NCBI GenBank assembly: GCA_040879765.1
Contig: JBBDJQ010000001.1
Coordinates: 271,747 to 335,746 of the forward strand
Source: Candidatus Pacearchaeota archaeon
GTDB taxonomy: Archaea > Nanobdellota > Nanobdellia > Pacearchaeales > GW2011-AR1
DNA: 64,000 nt
Direction of reading: 5' to 3'
The notes beneath the pieces were generated by a model. That model saw nothing but the letters and a program-made list of their open reading frames with translations. It had not been told where the DNA came from and made no database searches. Shown here piece after piece: positions 9,581 to 19,572 of the stretch. Made by a program: the position numbers and the translations under genes. The stretch's first letter is position 1; every line of letters starts with the position of its first letter.

Positions 9581-10537
9581 TTACTTTCCTAAACCCGCTA
9601 AGACAAAACTTGCAAGAAGAGCTTGTATTTGAATAAAAGGGTCTGAGCCTTCAACCATTCTGAATTCAGTTTCACCAGTTTTTTCTGTTAATCTAACTTT
9701 TAATTCTGGTTCAACAGGTAATTCCCAGATTTCTTTTTGAATCATTTTTATTACCTCTTCCCCAGATATACTCTCTTTTAACATTAGGTCAAGTATTTTT
9801 TCTTTTGAATTTTGAAAATCCCCTGAAAGAGCATAATCTAAAGCTACCCGGATTTCTTTTGGTCTAGCGGAAGATAACATTGTTGAAATTAAATCAGTTG
9901 TAATATTTGTTGAAATTGATGCAGTTGATTGCAAGATGTTTATACATTTTCTACAATCTCCCTCACTGCCTTCGTAAAGCATCTCTGTTGCCTCTGGACT
10001 TATTGTAAGTCTTTCCATCTCACAGATTCTTTTTATTATACTTTCAATATCTTTTTTTTCTAATAGTCTGAATCTAAAAACAGCACAACGAGATTGGATT
10101 GGGTCAATGATTTTGCTTGAGTAATTACAAGACATGATGAATCGACAAGTTTTAGAATAGTTTTCCATGGTTCTCCTCAAAGCTTGTTGAGCTTCTGGAG
10201 TTAGGGCATCTGCTTCATCTAAGAATATTATTTTGAATGGTACAGAACCAATTGATTTTGTTCTCGCAAAATTTTTAACTTTCTCTCTAACAATTTGGAT
10301 TCCTCTTTCATCAGAAGCATTTAGTTCAAGGTAATTGTCCTTCCATGTGCTCCCATACAGTTCTTTAACAACAACTAAAGCCAAAGTAGATTTTCCTGTT
10401 CCAGCAGGTCCCGCAAAAAGTAAATGTGGAATGTTTAAGGAATTAGTTAAGGATCTAACACGTTTTATTATTTCTTCTTGTCCGACAATGTCTGAAAATT
10501 TCTCAGGGCGATATTTTTCTGTCCAAATTTCACTCAT
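9581..10537 (-). CDS. rfcS: Replication factor C small subunit
   Basis: MSEIWTEKYRPEKFSDIVGQEE...LLFAGPAGTGKST plus the SRC-like segment PIQSRCAVFRF. Confidence 0.9.
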   Translation of the reverse strand: MSEIWTEKYRPEKFSDIVGQEEIIKRVRSLTNSLNIPHLLFAGPAGTGKSTLALVVVKELYGSTWKDNYLELNASDERGIQIVREKVKNFARTKSIGSVPFKIIFLDEADALTPEAQQALRRTMENYSKTCRFIMSCNYSSKIIDPIQSRCAVFRFRLLEKKDIESIIKRICEMERLTISPEATEMLYEGSEGDCRKCINILQSTASISTNITTDLISTMLSSARPKEIRVALDYALSGDFQNSKEKILDLMLKESISGEEVIKMIQKEIWELPVEPELKVRLTEKTGETEFRMVEGSDPFIQIQALLASFVLAGLGK

Positions 10538-10754
10538 GTGGGATTAATCTCCTCTGAACTTATAAAGATTGTTGTGGGAAAGAATTAGTTTGTTCAATTT
10601 GATTTTCCAATTTTCCATAACAACTCCTCTTTGGGAATTTTGACAGGAATATTTTACCTATAAATTCTTTAATTTTTTATTATCTCCCTTTTTCATAACT
10701 AAAGTTCAGGAAATTTTACTTTCAAGATACCCTAAAATTTCCGCAGAATCATTC

Positions 10755-11042
10755 TCATTCATGCAATACTTTCCTCCCATTAGATTCTATTATTTCTGCC
10801 ATTTCCTCTAAATCTTTTTCCTCTAAAGTATTATTTTTTCCGTAAAATCTGCAATTTCTGCTCAGGTAGTCAAGAGCATCAGCAATCTTCTCTCCATAAA
10901 TTCTAATAATATTTTTTTCAATTTCTGAGAAAGTTCTTATATTTCCGGGATTAATTTTTATCTGTTCAATTGAATCCATCCTATCTCTTTCTTTAGCGCG
11001 CATGAGATATTCAAGAAATAATTCTCCATTTTCATATGCCAT
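10755..11042 (-). CDS. Hypothetical protein
   Basis: ORF only. Confidence 0.3.
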   Translation of the reverse strand: MAYENGELFLEYLMRAKERDRMDSIEQIKINPGNIRTFSEIEKNIIRIYGEKIADALDYLSRNCRFYGKNNTLEEKDLEEMAEIIESNGRKVLHE

Positions 11043-11282
11043 AAAAAACCTATAGAAAATCTCTTTTTATCTTTTATTGCACTTAGAAATATATCATGAA
11101 ACTTACTTGCTTCTAGCCCTTCTTAGTCTTCTCTTTCTTTTCTCTTTCTTTAGCCTTTTACGTTGCCATTTCCAACGCATTTGCCATCGCTTTTTCCAAC
11201 GTCTTGATGATCTTTTCATTTTTGAATTCGTATTATTTTTTGATAAAGAAGTCTGGAGAAATTTGTTTATAAAGCTTTTGAG

Positions 11283-11765
11283 TTACCGAGATTGAGTTAG
11301 GGCTCTTTGTAAGCCTTTGCTGCCTGCCCTTCTATTAGAATTACAATTTGGGGAAATCATTGGCAAGGCAGTTTCTCGTAAGGTTTTATATCCGAAGAAG
11401 GTTTCATCGATGACTTGGTCTAAGTCGTATTCTACATAAAGGATTTTGTTTTTTACATCAAGGACAGCATTTGGGGGCAGATGCTCTTTCATGTTGCAGG
11501 ACTTAGATAGGAACTGATATTCTCCTTCACTCCCTTCACCTTTATCTTCTTGAGTACTTCTAATATCTATTTCACCTATGATTCTTTTTTTGCCTGTAAT
11601 CTTGTCTTTGACCCATAATCCAAAGTATCCTATTGATTCTCCTATTCTTTCAGGAAGCCTGTCTCCGACCTGTCTTATTTCCTTATAATCGTTTTGCATA
11701 TCTGGATTTGAAACACATCCTCCCAATGTTAAGGATGAAAGTAAAACGATTTCTCTTAATTTCAT
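11283..11765 (-). CDS. Putative secreted protein or lipoprotein
   Basis: N-terminal signal-like segment MKLREIVLLSSLTLGGC. Confidence 0.4.
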   Translation of the reverse strand: MKLREIVLLSSLTLGGCVSNPDMQNDYKEIRQVGDRLPERIGESIGYFGLWVKDKITGKKRIIGEIDIRSTQEDKGEGSEGEYQFLSKSCNMKEHLPPNAVLDVKNKILYVEYDLDQVIDETFFGYKTLRETALPMISPNCNSNRRAGSKGLQRALTQSR

Positions 11766-11832
11766 AAGGTTTCTGAAAACCTAGTTGTATAAAAAAGAAT
11801 ATCTTGTGGAAAATATATTTTGGAAAGTATAA

Positions 11833-12141
11833 TTAATCTTTAACTTCAATCTTTATGCTTACATTCTTTGGGATTTGAAGCCTCATGATGTTGTGAAGAA
11901 TTTTATCGTTTGCTGGAAGATCTATGAGTCTTTTGTGAATCCTCATTTCAAATCTATCAAATGTGGCTGTTCCGTCTCCACAAGGGGATTTTCTTGTTGT
12001 AACTTTGAGTTTCTTTGTTGGTAAAGGAACAGGGCCTCTAATCGCAACACCTGATTTTTTAGCCATCTCTTTTATAGAATTCACAATATTGTTAAGCATA
12101 TTTATGTCCACGCTGTTCAATTTTATTCTTACGTTTGGCAT
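11833..12141 (-). CDS. rps10: Ribosomal protein uS10
   Basis: MPNVRIKLNSVD...AIRGPVPLPTKKLKVTTRKSP...FEMRIHKRLIDL is classic S10. Confidence 0.9.
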   Translation of the reverse strand: MPNVRIKLNSVDINMLNNIVNSIKEMAKKSGVAIRGPVPLPTKKLKVTTRKSPCGDGTATFDRFEMRIHKRLIDLPANDKILHNIMRLQIPKNVSIKIEVKD

Positions 12142-12187
12142 GGTTATTTTTTGTTAATTTTGTTTTTAAATGTTTCTCACGCCAGAA

Positions 12188-12847
12188 CTAGGATTCTTCA
12201 TTTTTTTCATTGTCTGTTTCATCCTTTAAATCTAAGGATGTGAAAATCAAGTCCATCATTCTTAAAATTAATTCAAGACTTATTATGAAAATAAAGAATA
12301 CAAATAATTCGTTAAACGTGAATGAGACTCTTTGAAATTGTGAGATAAGTCTTTCTATTGAGAAGAAGCCAGGAGTTAGAAGAGAAACTGCCAAGAGTGT
12401 GAAGGGAATTAATTTTGCAATATCTTCTGAAAGTTTTTTTCTGTAATATGAAGTTAATCTTATTGCAGTTATTACAGTTGCTGAAATTAAGAGCAAGGTT
12501 CCGATTGCTAAATCTTCAGTTAATAGAATTAAGAAAATTGTGAATACAGAAAACCAAATGAAAATTAAAATTGGGAAGATAATTAGGTATTCAAGAATGT
12601 AGATTAGGAATGCTAGTCCTTTTGTGAGAGTTTGGTCTTGTGAAGTATTGTATTGACTTAGATTTGATTCAAATAAATTCTTTTTTGAAATTGTGTTATA
12701 GAACTTCCAAATGAATATTGCATATAATCCAACCAAAATTACTATGAGGATGAAATTTGTAAATTGTTCTGCTAATGGAGGAAGTGATGAGCTAATTGCA
12801 GTGTACGAATTTAAAATATCAACCCCTAAATCCCCGAATAATCCCAT
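12188..12847 (-). CDS. Multi-pass membrane protein
   Basis: Several hydrophobic helices. Confidence 0.4.
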   Translation of the reverse strand: MGLFGDLGVDILNSYTAISSSLPPLAEQFTNFILIVILVGLYAIFIWKFYNTISKKNLFESNLSQYNTSQDQTLTKGLAFLIYILEYLIIFPILIFIWFSVFTIFLILLTEDLAIGTLLLISATVITAIRLTSYYRKKLSEDIAKLIPFTLLAVSLLTPGFFSIERLISQFQRVSFTFNELFVFFIFIISLELILRMMDLIFTSLDLKDETDNEKNEES

Positions 12848-12904
12848 GAATAGTATTGTATTTTTTCGTTTATAAATTTTTTATGTTTGCTATAAATTTA
12901 AATA

Positions 12905-14266
12905 TTGTTTTTGATATTTGATAAGATGATTGATATAAAGTTATTAAGAGAAAACCCTGAAAAAATTAAGGAAGATTTGAAAAAGAGATTTAAGAAAGAG
13001 AAGGTTGCTTTGGTTGATAAAATAATTAAGTTGGATAAAGATTGGAGAGGAACAAAATACAAAGCAGACGGATTGAGGTCTGAAAGAAATAAAATTTCTG
13101 TTGAGATAAGTAAAGCAAAAAAGACCCAAGATTCTAAGGAAGCTGATGAACTTTTGAAAAAGGCGAAGGAAATTCCTGGAAAGATGCAAAAGCTTGAGGA
13201 GCAAGAAAAAAAATTAAGTAAAGAAATTGAAAATTTGCTTCTTGGAATTCCAAATCCATTACATGAATCTGTTCCAATTGGCAAAGATGAAAGTAAGAAC
13301 CCTGTTATAAGAAAATGGGGGGTTCCAAAAAAACCAAGTTTTGAAATTGAAAATCATTCCGAACTAATAGAATCTCTTGGGTTGGCAGATTTTGAAGCCG
13401 GCAGAAAAAATGCAGGACAAGGATTTAATTATTTGAAAGGGCAGATGGCAGAATTAGACTTGGCATTACAAAGATATGGTTTGGATTTTTTGATTAAGAA
13501 AGGATTTACTCCTATTGTTCCACCCATGATGTTGAACTTTGAAACTCTTGTTGGGGTTTTGAATGGCTTAGAAGATTTTGAAGAGGTTATTTACAAAATT
13601 GATGGAGAAGATTTGTATTTAATTGGAACTGCCGAGCACACTTTAGCTTCTATGTTAAAAAATAAAACTTTGAGGAAAGAGGATTTGCCTTTGAAATTTT
13701 GTGCTGCAACCCCTTGTTTTAGAAAAGAAATTGGAAGTCACGGAGTTGATACAAAGGGTTTGTTTAGAATGCACCAATTCAATAAAGTTGAACAGGTTGT
13801 TTTTTCAAATCCAAAAGATTCATTCAAACTCTTGGAAGAAATGCAAAAAATTACAGAAGAATTTTTAAAATCTTTGAAAATCCCTTATAGAGTTATAGAA
13901 ATTTGTTCTGGGGATTTGGGAAATAAGTTTGCTAAACAATATGATATTGAATCTTGGAGTCCAAGGCAAGGGAAGTACACAGAAATTACTTCTGCTGGAA
14001 ATTGCACTGATTTCCAATCAAGAGCCTTAGGAATCAAATTTCAAGACAAAAATGAAAAAGATTTTGTTCATGTTTTGAATAATACCATGGTTGCAACTTC
14101 TAGGGCGATGGTAGCAATAATTGAAAATAATCAAATGAAAGACAAAAGTATAAAAATCCCTCTTCCTCTTAGAAAATATATGGGAAATAAAGAAGCGATT
14201 ACGCATACGCATCGCGAAGAAAAAGAAAAGAAAAAAGCCATTAAATTGGATAAAAATAAAAAATGA
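12905..14266 (+). CDS. serS: Seryl-tRNA synthetase; the likely true start is the MIDIKLL Met at 12926
   Basis: MIDIKLLRENPEKIKEDLKKR, the N-terminal coiled coil and the class II core (FRKEIGSHGVDTKGLFRMHQFNKVEQ). Confidence 0.9.
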   Translation: MFLIFDKMIDIKLLRENPEKIKEDLKKRFKKEKVALVDKIIKLDKDWRGTKYKADGLRSERNKISVEISKAKKTQDSKEADELLKKAKEIPGKMQKLEEQEKKLSKEIENLLLGIPNPLHESVPIGKDESKNPVIRKWGVPKKPSFEIENHSELIESLGLADFEAGRKNAGQGFNYLKGQMAELDLALQRYGLDFLIKKGFTPIVPPMMLNFETLVGVLNGLEDFEEVIYKIDGEDLYLIGTAEHTLASMLKNKTLRKEDLPLKFCAATPCFRKEIGSHGVDTKGLFRMHQFNKVEQVVFSNPKDSFKLLEEMQKITEEFLKSLKIPYRVIEICSGDLGNKFAKQYDIESWSPRQGKYTEITSAGNCTDFQSRALGIKFQDKNEKDFVHVLNNTMVATSRAMVAIIENNQMKDKSIKIPLPLRKYMGNKEAITHTHREEKEKKKAIKLDKNKK

Positions 14267-14520
14267 ATTTAGATAAGGTTAGGTTTGGGATTGCAGGAGG
14301 AGTTGCTGCTTTTGTTTTCATCCTTTTTATGGAAGTTGTGGCTTGGTTTACCCTGGTTCCAATTTATGCTCAAATGGCGAATGTTTATGGGGTTTATTCC
14401 GCTTTTAGCGTTTTGAAAATATTTTTCTTGACTCTTGTGATTTCTTTCGTTGTTGGTTTTGCTGTATGTTGGGTTTTTGCCTGGACTTACAACAAGCTTT
14501 TGAAGGTCAAAGTCAAGTAA
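14263..14520 (+). CDS. Small membrane protein
   Basis: Two TM helices; overlaps the serS stop by 4 nt. Confidence 0.3.
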   Translation: MNLDKVRFGIAGGVAAFVFILFMEVVAWFTLVPIYAQMANVYGVYSAFSVLKIFFLTLVISFVVGFAVCWVFAWTYNKLLKVKVK

Positions 14521-14567
14521 TAATCGAGAACATAAATTCTTATAAATTTCTTTTTTGTTGATTTTTT

Positions 14568-14819
14568 ATGCAGGTTAAAACCAAGAAGCAGAATGCTGAT
14601 GGAAGTGTTAGGCTTGAGACTTCTGGCGAGATAAAAGAGATTTTGATTAATGAAGATTTTATGAATCCAAACAATGCTTCCGTTTCTCTTTGCTTTAGAG
14701 GAAAAAATAGCTCTGGAATTATTGAATTAAGTGCTAAGGAAATTGAATCCATAAGCAAACAGATTTCTCCGAGTTTGCATCTTTTGAGAGATGTAAAGGT
14801 GATGAAGTTTAAGAAGTAA
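14568..14819 (+). CDS. Hypothetical small protein
   Basis: ORF only. Confidence 0.3.
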   Translation: MQVKTKKQNADGSVRLETSGEIKEILINEDFMNPNNASVSLCFRGKNSSGIIELSAKEIESISKQISPSLHLLRDVKVMKFKK

Positions 14820-14868
14820 ATTTTCTATTGAGTAAGTTTTAAAAACGAATTGGGATATTAGGATTTAT

Positions 14869-14940
14869 GCCTCGGTAGTTTAATGGCTAGAACATAAGCC
14901 TGTCGCGCTTAAGACCCGGGTTCGATTCCCGGTCGAGGCG
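14869..14940 (+). tRNA. tRNA-Asp (GTC)
   Basis: Hand fold: acceptor GCCTCGG/TCGAGGC, anticodon stem TAAGC/GCTTA with loop CTGTCGC, T-arm CCGGG-TTCGATT-CCCGG, discriminator G. A TTTTAAAAA element lies about 25 nt upstream. Confidence 0.8.
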
Positions 14941-15196
14941 TCGGCACTTCGGTGCCTTGTCACTTGTCTGCCCGAGCAAGGTCGAACGAGGGTGTTTTGG
15001 AGTAAGAAGATGAGAATAAGAAAGTTAAGAGATAAAGGAAGTGTTTTTGGTTCAGGACATAAAAAAGAATGGTATAAATTTCGTAGGTGGATTGTAGAAA
15101 TAATAGTTTTTTTAGCATTAGTTCTTTTAGCATTAGTTCTTTGTGCCGTAATTATTTTTTAGAAAAATCTAAAAATAGTTTATTCTTTTACAAAAT

Positions 15197-15436
15197 ATGG
15201 TTAAAGTTACTTATTGCGACAGATGTAAAAAAGAAATAAAAAGAAAAGATAGAGATTCATTTGGAGAGGTCTTTGATGATGAGGATTGGGATGACAAGTT
15301 CAATTTTTCTAATAGCTTTTCAGGATTAAATAAAGCCGAGAAGTACCATCTGTGTGATGGGTGTAAGAGAGGATATAATAAGATAATAAACAAAACCAAT
15401 AAGGAATTGAAGAAATTTATAAAAAAAGATAATTGA
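15197..15436 (+). CDS. Small zinc-ribbon protein
   Basis: CDRCKK...CDGCKRG, two CxxC pairs. Confidence 0.4.
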   Translation: MVKVTYCDRCKKEIKRKDRDSFGEVFDDEDWDDKFNFSNSFSGLNKAEKYHLCDGCKRGYNKIINKTNKELKKFIKKDN

Positions 15437-15529
15437 CTTCTCAAACTCTTACGGCGTGGGGGTTTGTTCTTTTATTCTTATAGGAAGGCAGTTACATAAT
15501 CTTTTAAAGCCTGATTTCGTGTATGATAT

Positions 15530-16192
15530 ATGAAGGCATTTACAATTTTGACTGCTATGTTGATAGTTTTTTCAGCATTTGTGGTTGCTCAGACAGAATC
15601 TGATTTAGGTTCTCCTGGAATTACTCCTGATAGTCCATTTTATTTTTTAGATAGACTGTTTGATGGACTTCAATCTGATGAAGCAAGAGCGGATGAAAAG
15701 GCTGCAGAAGTTTTAGCGATGGCAAGAGAGTCTAAGAATGAAGATGCGGAAAGGGCTCTAGAGCTTTATATGAAATCATTAGAGAACCTTGATGAAGACG
15801 CCTCAGATGATGAAGATCTTGCTGCAAGAGTTGCCGAAAAGACTTCAACACATCTAGTTGTTTTATCTGGAGTTTTAGAACAAGTTCCTGAGCAAGCTAA
15901 GGGTTCAATAGAAAGAGCTCTTGAAGAAAGTGCGAGAGGAAGAGAAGCATCATTAGATGCTTTAAGAAGTATTAATCCTTCAAGAGGTGAACAAGTAGCA
16001 TCTGAAACTTTGACAAGAGTCATGGCTAATACTCCTTTAGAAGCTCAAGAAGGGCTTCAGATGGCATTTCAAAGTATAGGAAAAGGTGATGAACTTTCAG
16101 AAGCTAGAGAGGAAGCTGGCTTACCAGAGATTGAAGAAGTACCAGATACAAGTGATGAAATTGAGATTCCAGAAATACAAATACGAGCTTGA
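15530..16192 (+). CDS. Secreted acidic protein
   Basis: Signal peptide MKAFTILTAMLIVFSAFVVAQ followed by a D/E-rich body. Confidence 0.45.
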   Translation: MKAFTILTAMLIVFSAFVVAQTESDLGSPGITPDSPFYFLDRLFDGLQSDEARADEKAAEVLAMARESKNEDAERALELYMKSLENLDEDASDDEDLAARVAEKTSTHLVVLSGVLEQVPEQAKGSIERALEESARGREASLDALRSINPSRGEQVASETLTRVMANTPLEAQEGLQMAFQSIGKGDELSEAREEAGLPEIEEVPDTSDEIEIPEIQIRA

Positions 16193-16234
16193 AAATAATA
16201 TTTCTTAGATATAATTTTTAGTTCTTTAATTTTA

Positions 16235-16783
16235 TTATATATTTAAAATTATTAACCAGAAAGCAAATACCACTATGTGTCTTAAGGCTCTTACTAATAG
16301 GATATAAGCCATTATGCTTTTTGATTTTAGTTTGAAAACTCCGGCAAGAGTTGGAAGATAGGGAACTGGAGATATCGCCATTATTCCAAGAGTTTTTCCT
16401 CCATGATTTTTGAAGAACTTTTTGTATTTTTCTACATCTTTATCACTGAAATATTTCAATATTTTTTTGCCTGAAAAATATCCCAGATAATAATAAAACA
16501 CATTTCCAACAAAAGCAGATATTAAAAATAAAAACAAAATAGTCCATGGATTCAAGGCTCCCATTGCTAAAATTGAAGCAACAGCGACACTCGGGCCAAT
16601 AAAAACTGGAGCCCCTTCCAGAATAACAACAAATAAAATCATGGCAACTAAACCAAAAGTCGCCACAATATTTGAGACTTCTTGATTCAAAACCCTGTGA
16701 TTTATTAGACTCCAAATTAAAAGAAAAATTATTATGAAATTGAGAATCCAAAATGAAATCTTCACAATATTCTTTTTATCCAT
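16235..16783 (-). CDS. Membrane protein, possibly DedA/SNARE-associated-like
   Basis: Hydrophobic multi-TM protein; the family call is weak. Confidence 0.35.
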   Translation of the reverse strand: MDKKNIVKISFWILNFIIIFLLIWSLINHRVLNQEVSNIVATFGLVAMILFVVILEGAPVFIGPSVAVASILAMGALNPWTILFLFLISAFVGNVFYYYLGYFSGKKILKYFSDKDVEKYKKFFKNHGGKTLGIMAISPVPYLPTLAGVFKLKSKSIMAYILLVRALRHIVVFAFWLIILNI

Positions 16784-17116
16784 AAATGAAAATAATTTTA
16801 TTGTTTAATTAATTTTTTAAGATATGGAAGGGTTTAACTCCTGCGGATAAATGTGGAGTTGGAGTTAATGGAAATGCTTGGGAAACTATACTATTAAGGG
16901 CAATTAAATTAAACAACTCCTGTATGCGACAGGAGAGGAGAAAATGATGATAACTCCCTAATCTGCGACACTCTCATCACCCAATAACCTTATAAAGCTA
17001 AAAAATTGCTAATTATATAGCAAATGTTGCGAGTCTTGAGCTATTGTCTCTAGTGACTTGCGCTCAAGAATGTTTCTTGAAGTCATTGTTAGTGCCTTTA
17101 TTGGCTAAATTAAAAA

Positions 17117-18571
17117 ATGGAAAAATTTACAAAATTAGGTTTAAGAAAAGAATTAGCTGAAAGCCTAGTTAGGCTTGGATTTACAGAACCTTCTGAAATT
17201 CAGGAAAAGGTAATTCCTGCAGGTTTGGAAGGAAAAGATATAATCGGCGGCTCGGCTACAGGAAGTGGAAAAACATTAGCCTTTGCTTCAGTTATTTTAG
17301 AAAGAATAAAACCTTACAAACATATTCAAGCATTGGTTTTAACTCCAACAAGAGAACTTGCTGAACAAGTCGCTGGTTCCATAAGACAATTTGATACTAC
17401 AAAGCAACTAAATGTTCTAGCAGTTTATGGTGGAGCAAGAATCGAGCAACAAATAAGAAAGCTTGCCCATACAGATATTTTGGTTGGAACTCCTGGAAGA
17501 ATTTTAGATCATTTAAGCCGAAGAACATTGAATCTAAGCGATGTTAAGTTTTTGGTTTTGGATGAAGTGGATAGATTATTTGACATGGGTTTCAGTAAGG
17601 ATGTTGAAAAAATAATTGCCGAAGTCCCAAAAGAAAGACAGACACTTATGTTCTCTGCAACAATTTCTCAAGAAATGGATTACTTTGGAAAGAAATATAC
17701 TAAAAATCCTGTTGAAGTTTCTCTGAAATCTCAGGTTGACCCATTAAAACTAAAACAGGTTTATTATGATGTTATGCAAAATAAAAAATTTGCTTTGCTT
17801 GTAACCTTGCTTAAACACGAAGATGCAAATTTAGTTATGGTTTTCTGTAATACAAGAAGAAATGCAGATTTTATAACGCAGAATTTAATTCATTCTGGAA
17901 TTGATGCAAAATCCATTCACGGAGGTATAGAACAGAAAAAGAGAATTCAAGTTCTTGAGCAATTTCACAAAAACAAACTTGGAGTTTTGGTTTGTACAGA
18001 TGTTGCAGCAAGAGGGTTGGACATAAAAGGAGTTACTCACGTTTACAATTATGATGTTCCTGGAGAGTTGAATGAATACGTACACAGAATTGGAAGAACT
18101 GCAAGAGCTGGAGAAGAGGGAATAGCAATAACAATCCTTTCTTCAAGAGATTATGAAAATTTTAGAAATTTAATGAGAGGAGAAGATGTAAATATAACTT
18201 CGGCAAAATTACCCCACATAGACTATGTATCTTTAAAACCCGAATCAACAAGAAATGGAAGGTTCAATAGAAATTATCCCAGAGGCGGAAGTTCTAGCAG
18301 TTCAAGGGATGGAAGAAGCAGGGACAGAGATTCGTCTAGGGGCAGAAATTATGGTAATAGGGGAAGGAGTTCCAGCAGTTCAAGAGAAGGAAGTAGATTT
18401 GGAAACAGAGATTCAAGTCCAAGAGGCAGAAATTATGGAAGAAGCAGGGATGGAGATTCCTCTAGAAGAGGTTATGGAAACAGAGATTCAAGCTCAAGAA
18501 GAGATTCTCCGAGAGGAAGAAGACCTATGAGGGTTCCAATGATTAGAAGAGGGCCTAGTAGAAGAAGGTAA
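17117..18571 (+). CDS. DEAD-box ATP-dependent RNA helicase with an Arg/Ser/Gly-rich C-terminal tail
   Basis: Q motif (FTEPSEIQ), Walker A GSGKT, DEVD, SAT, HGG...RG.D, and a C-terminal tail of RS/RG repeats. Confidence 0.9.
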   Translation: MEKFTKLGLRKELAESLVRLGFTEPSEIQEKVIPAGLEGKDIIGGSATGSGKTLAFASVILERIKPYKHIQALVLTPTRELAEQVAGSIRQFDTTKQLNVLAVYGGARIEQQIRKLAHTDILVGTPGRILDHLSRRTLNLSDVKFLVLDEVDRLFDMGFSKDVEKIIAEVPKERQTLMFSATISQEMDYFGKKYTKNPVEVSLKSQVDPLKLKQVYYDVMQNKKFALLVTLLKHEDANLVMVFCNTRRNADFITQNLIHSGIDAKSIHGGIEQKKRIQVLEQFHKNKLGVLVCTDVAARGLDIKGVTHVYNYDVPGELNEYVHRIGRTARAGEEGIAITILSSRDYENFRNLMRGEDVNITSAKLPHIDYVSLKPESTRNGRFNRNYPRGGSSSSSRDGRSRDRDSSRGRNYGNRGRSSSSSREGSRFGNRDSSPRGRNYGRSRDGDSSRRGYGNRDSSSRRDSPRGRRPMRVPMIRRGPSRRR

Positions 18572-18726
18572 TTAGAAAGTTTTAAGTAGTTTTTTCTTTG
18601 GATATGAGCATCGCGATATTGAAGCGAAGCATTTTTCTTATACTAAAAAGGGAGAGCAAAGAAATCATAGAGCACTTATTTTTGGTTCTAGATAAAATTT
18701 AAAAACTCATTCAACTTTTTTTTAAT

Positions 18727-19512
18727 ATGAAAAATCCTTTTGCTAAATCACCTAAAATTTCAAATTCAGTTCAGATAACCTTAATTATATCTGTGACAAT
18801 TTTAATTGTGGCTTTTCTTTTCTTCTCATTAATTAGTAATGTAGCTGAAGGTCCTTACAAGGAAAATACAATTTCCGTAAATGGAGAATCAACAATACAA
18901 GTTGCTCCCGATGAAGTTTCAGTTTATTTTAATATTGAAACAACTGCAGATACTGCACAAGAAGCCCAAGAAAATAACTCGCAAATATTTAATTCATTGA
19001 AGAATGCTTTGGTTGCTGAAGGATTTTCAGAAGATGAAATAAAAACCCAGAGCCTAAGTATAAATCCAAATTATGTTTGGGAAAATAACAAGCAAACGAC
19101 AAAAGGTTACAAGGCTTCACATTCTGTTACTATAGAATTTTCTTCAGAAGAATCTGAAAGAGTCCTAGATGTTTTGAACGCAGCAGTTTCCTCTGGAGTT
19201 GAAATAGGATACATCAATTTTCAATTAAGTGATGAGCTTGAAAAAGAAAAGAAAGCCGAGGCAATTGAAGAAGCTTCGGGAGATGCTCGAATAAAAGCCG
19301 AGGCGACAGCAAGAGGTTTAGGAAAAAAGATTGACGATATAGTTTCTGTTTCAGTTGACAATTATAATTATCTTCCTTACAGAGCTTATGATTCTGCAGT
19401 TTCCTCTGGAAGTTCCATAGCTGAAGTTGAAGAAGCAGTGACACAAGAAAGGTTTAACCCCTCAGAGCAAAATATTTATGCTTCAATAAGAGTTGTTTAT
19501 GAATTAAAATAA
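18727..19512 (+). CDS. SIMPL/DUF541 family protein
   Basis: TISVNGESTIQVAPDEVSVYFNIET...A resembles the SIMPL signature after an N-terminal TM helix. Confidence 0.65.
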   Translation: MKNPFAKSPKISNSVQITLIISVTILIVAFLFFSLISNVAEGPYKENTISVNGESTIQVAPDEVSVYFNIETTADTAQEAQENNSQIFNSLKNALVAEGFSEDEIKTQSLSINPNYVWENNKQTTKGYKASHSVTIEFSSEESERVLDVLNAAVSSGVEIGYINFQLSDELEKEKKAEAIEEASGDARIKAEATARGLGKKIDDIVSVSVDNYNYLPYRAYDSAVSSGSSIAEVEEAVTQERFNPSEQNIYASIRVVYELK

Positions 19513-19572
19513 AAAATTAAGATATTTTTATTTTCAATAAATTTTATAAAGAGAAATTTCTTATAGGTTTGA

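Noticed and set aside
12898-13284. Minus-strand ORFs opposite the serS 5' region
   Set aside because: They are shadow ORFs antisense to a confidently identified SerRS gene.
18255-18530. The 91-aa plus-strand ORF in an alternative frame within the DEAD-box gene
   Set aside because: It is an artefact of the tandem nucleotide repeats encoding the RS/RG tail. It is E/M-rich low complexity fully embedded in a well-supported gene.
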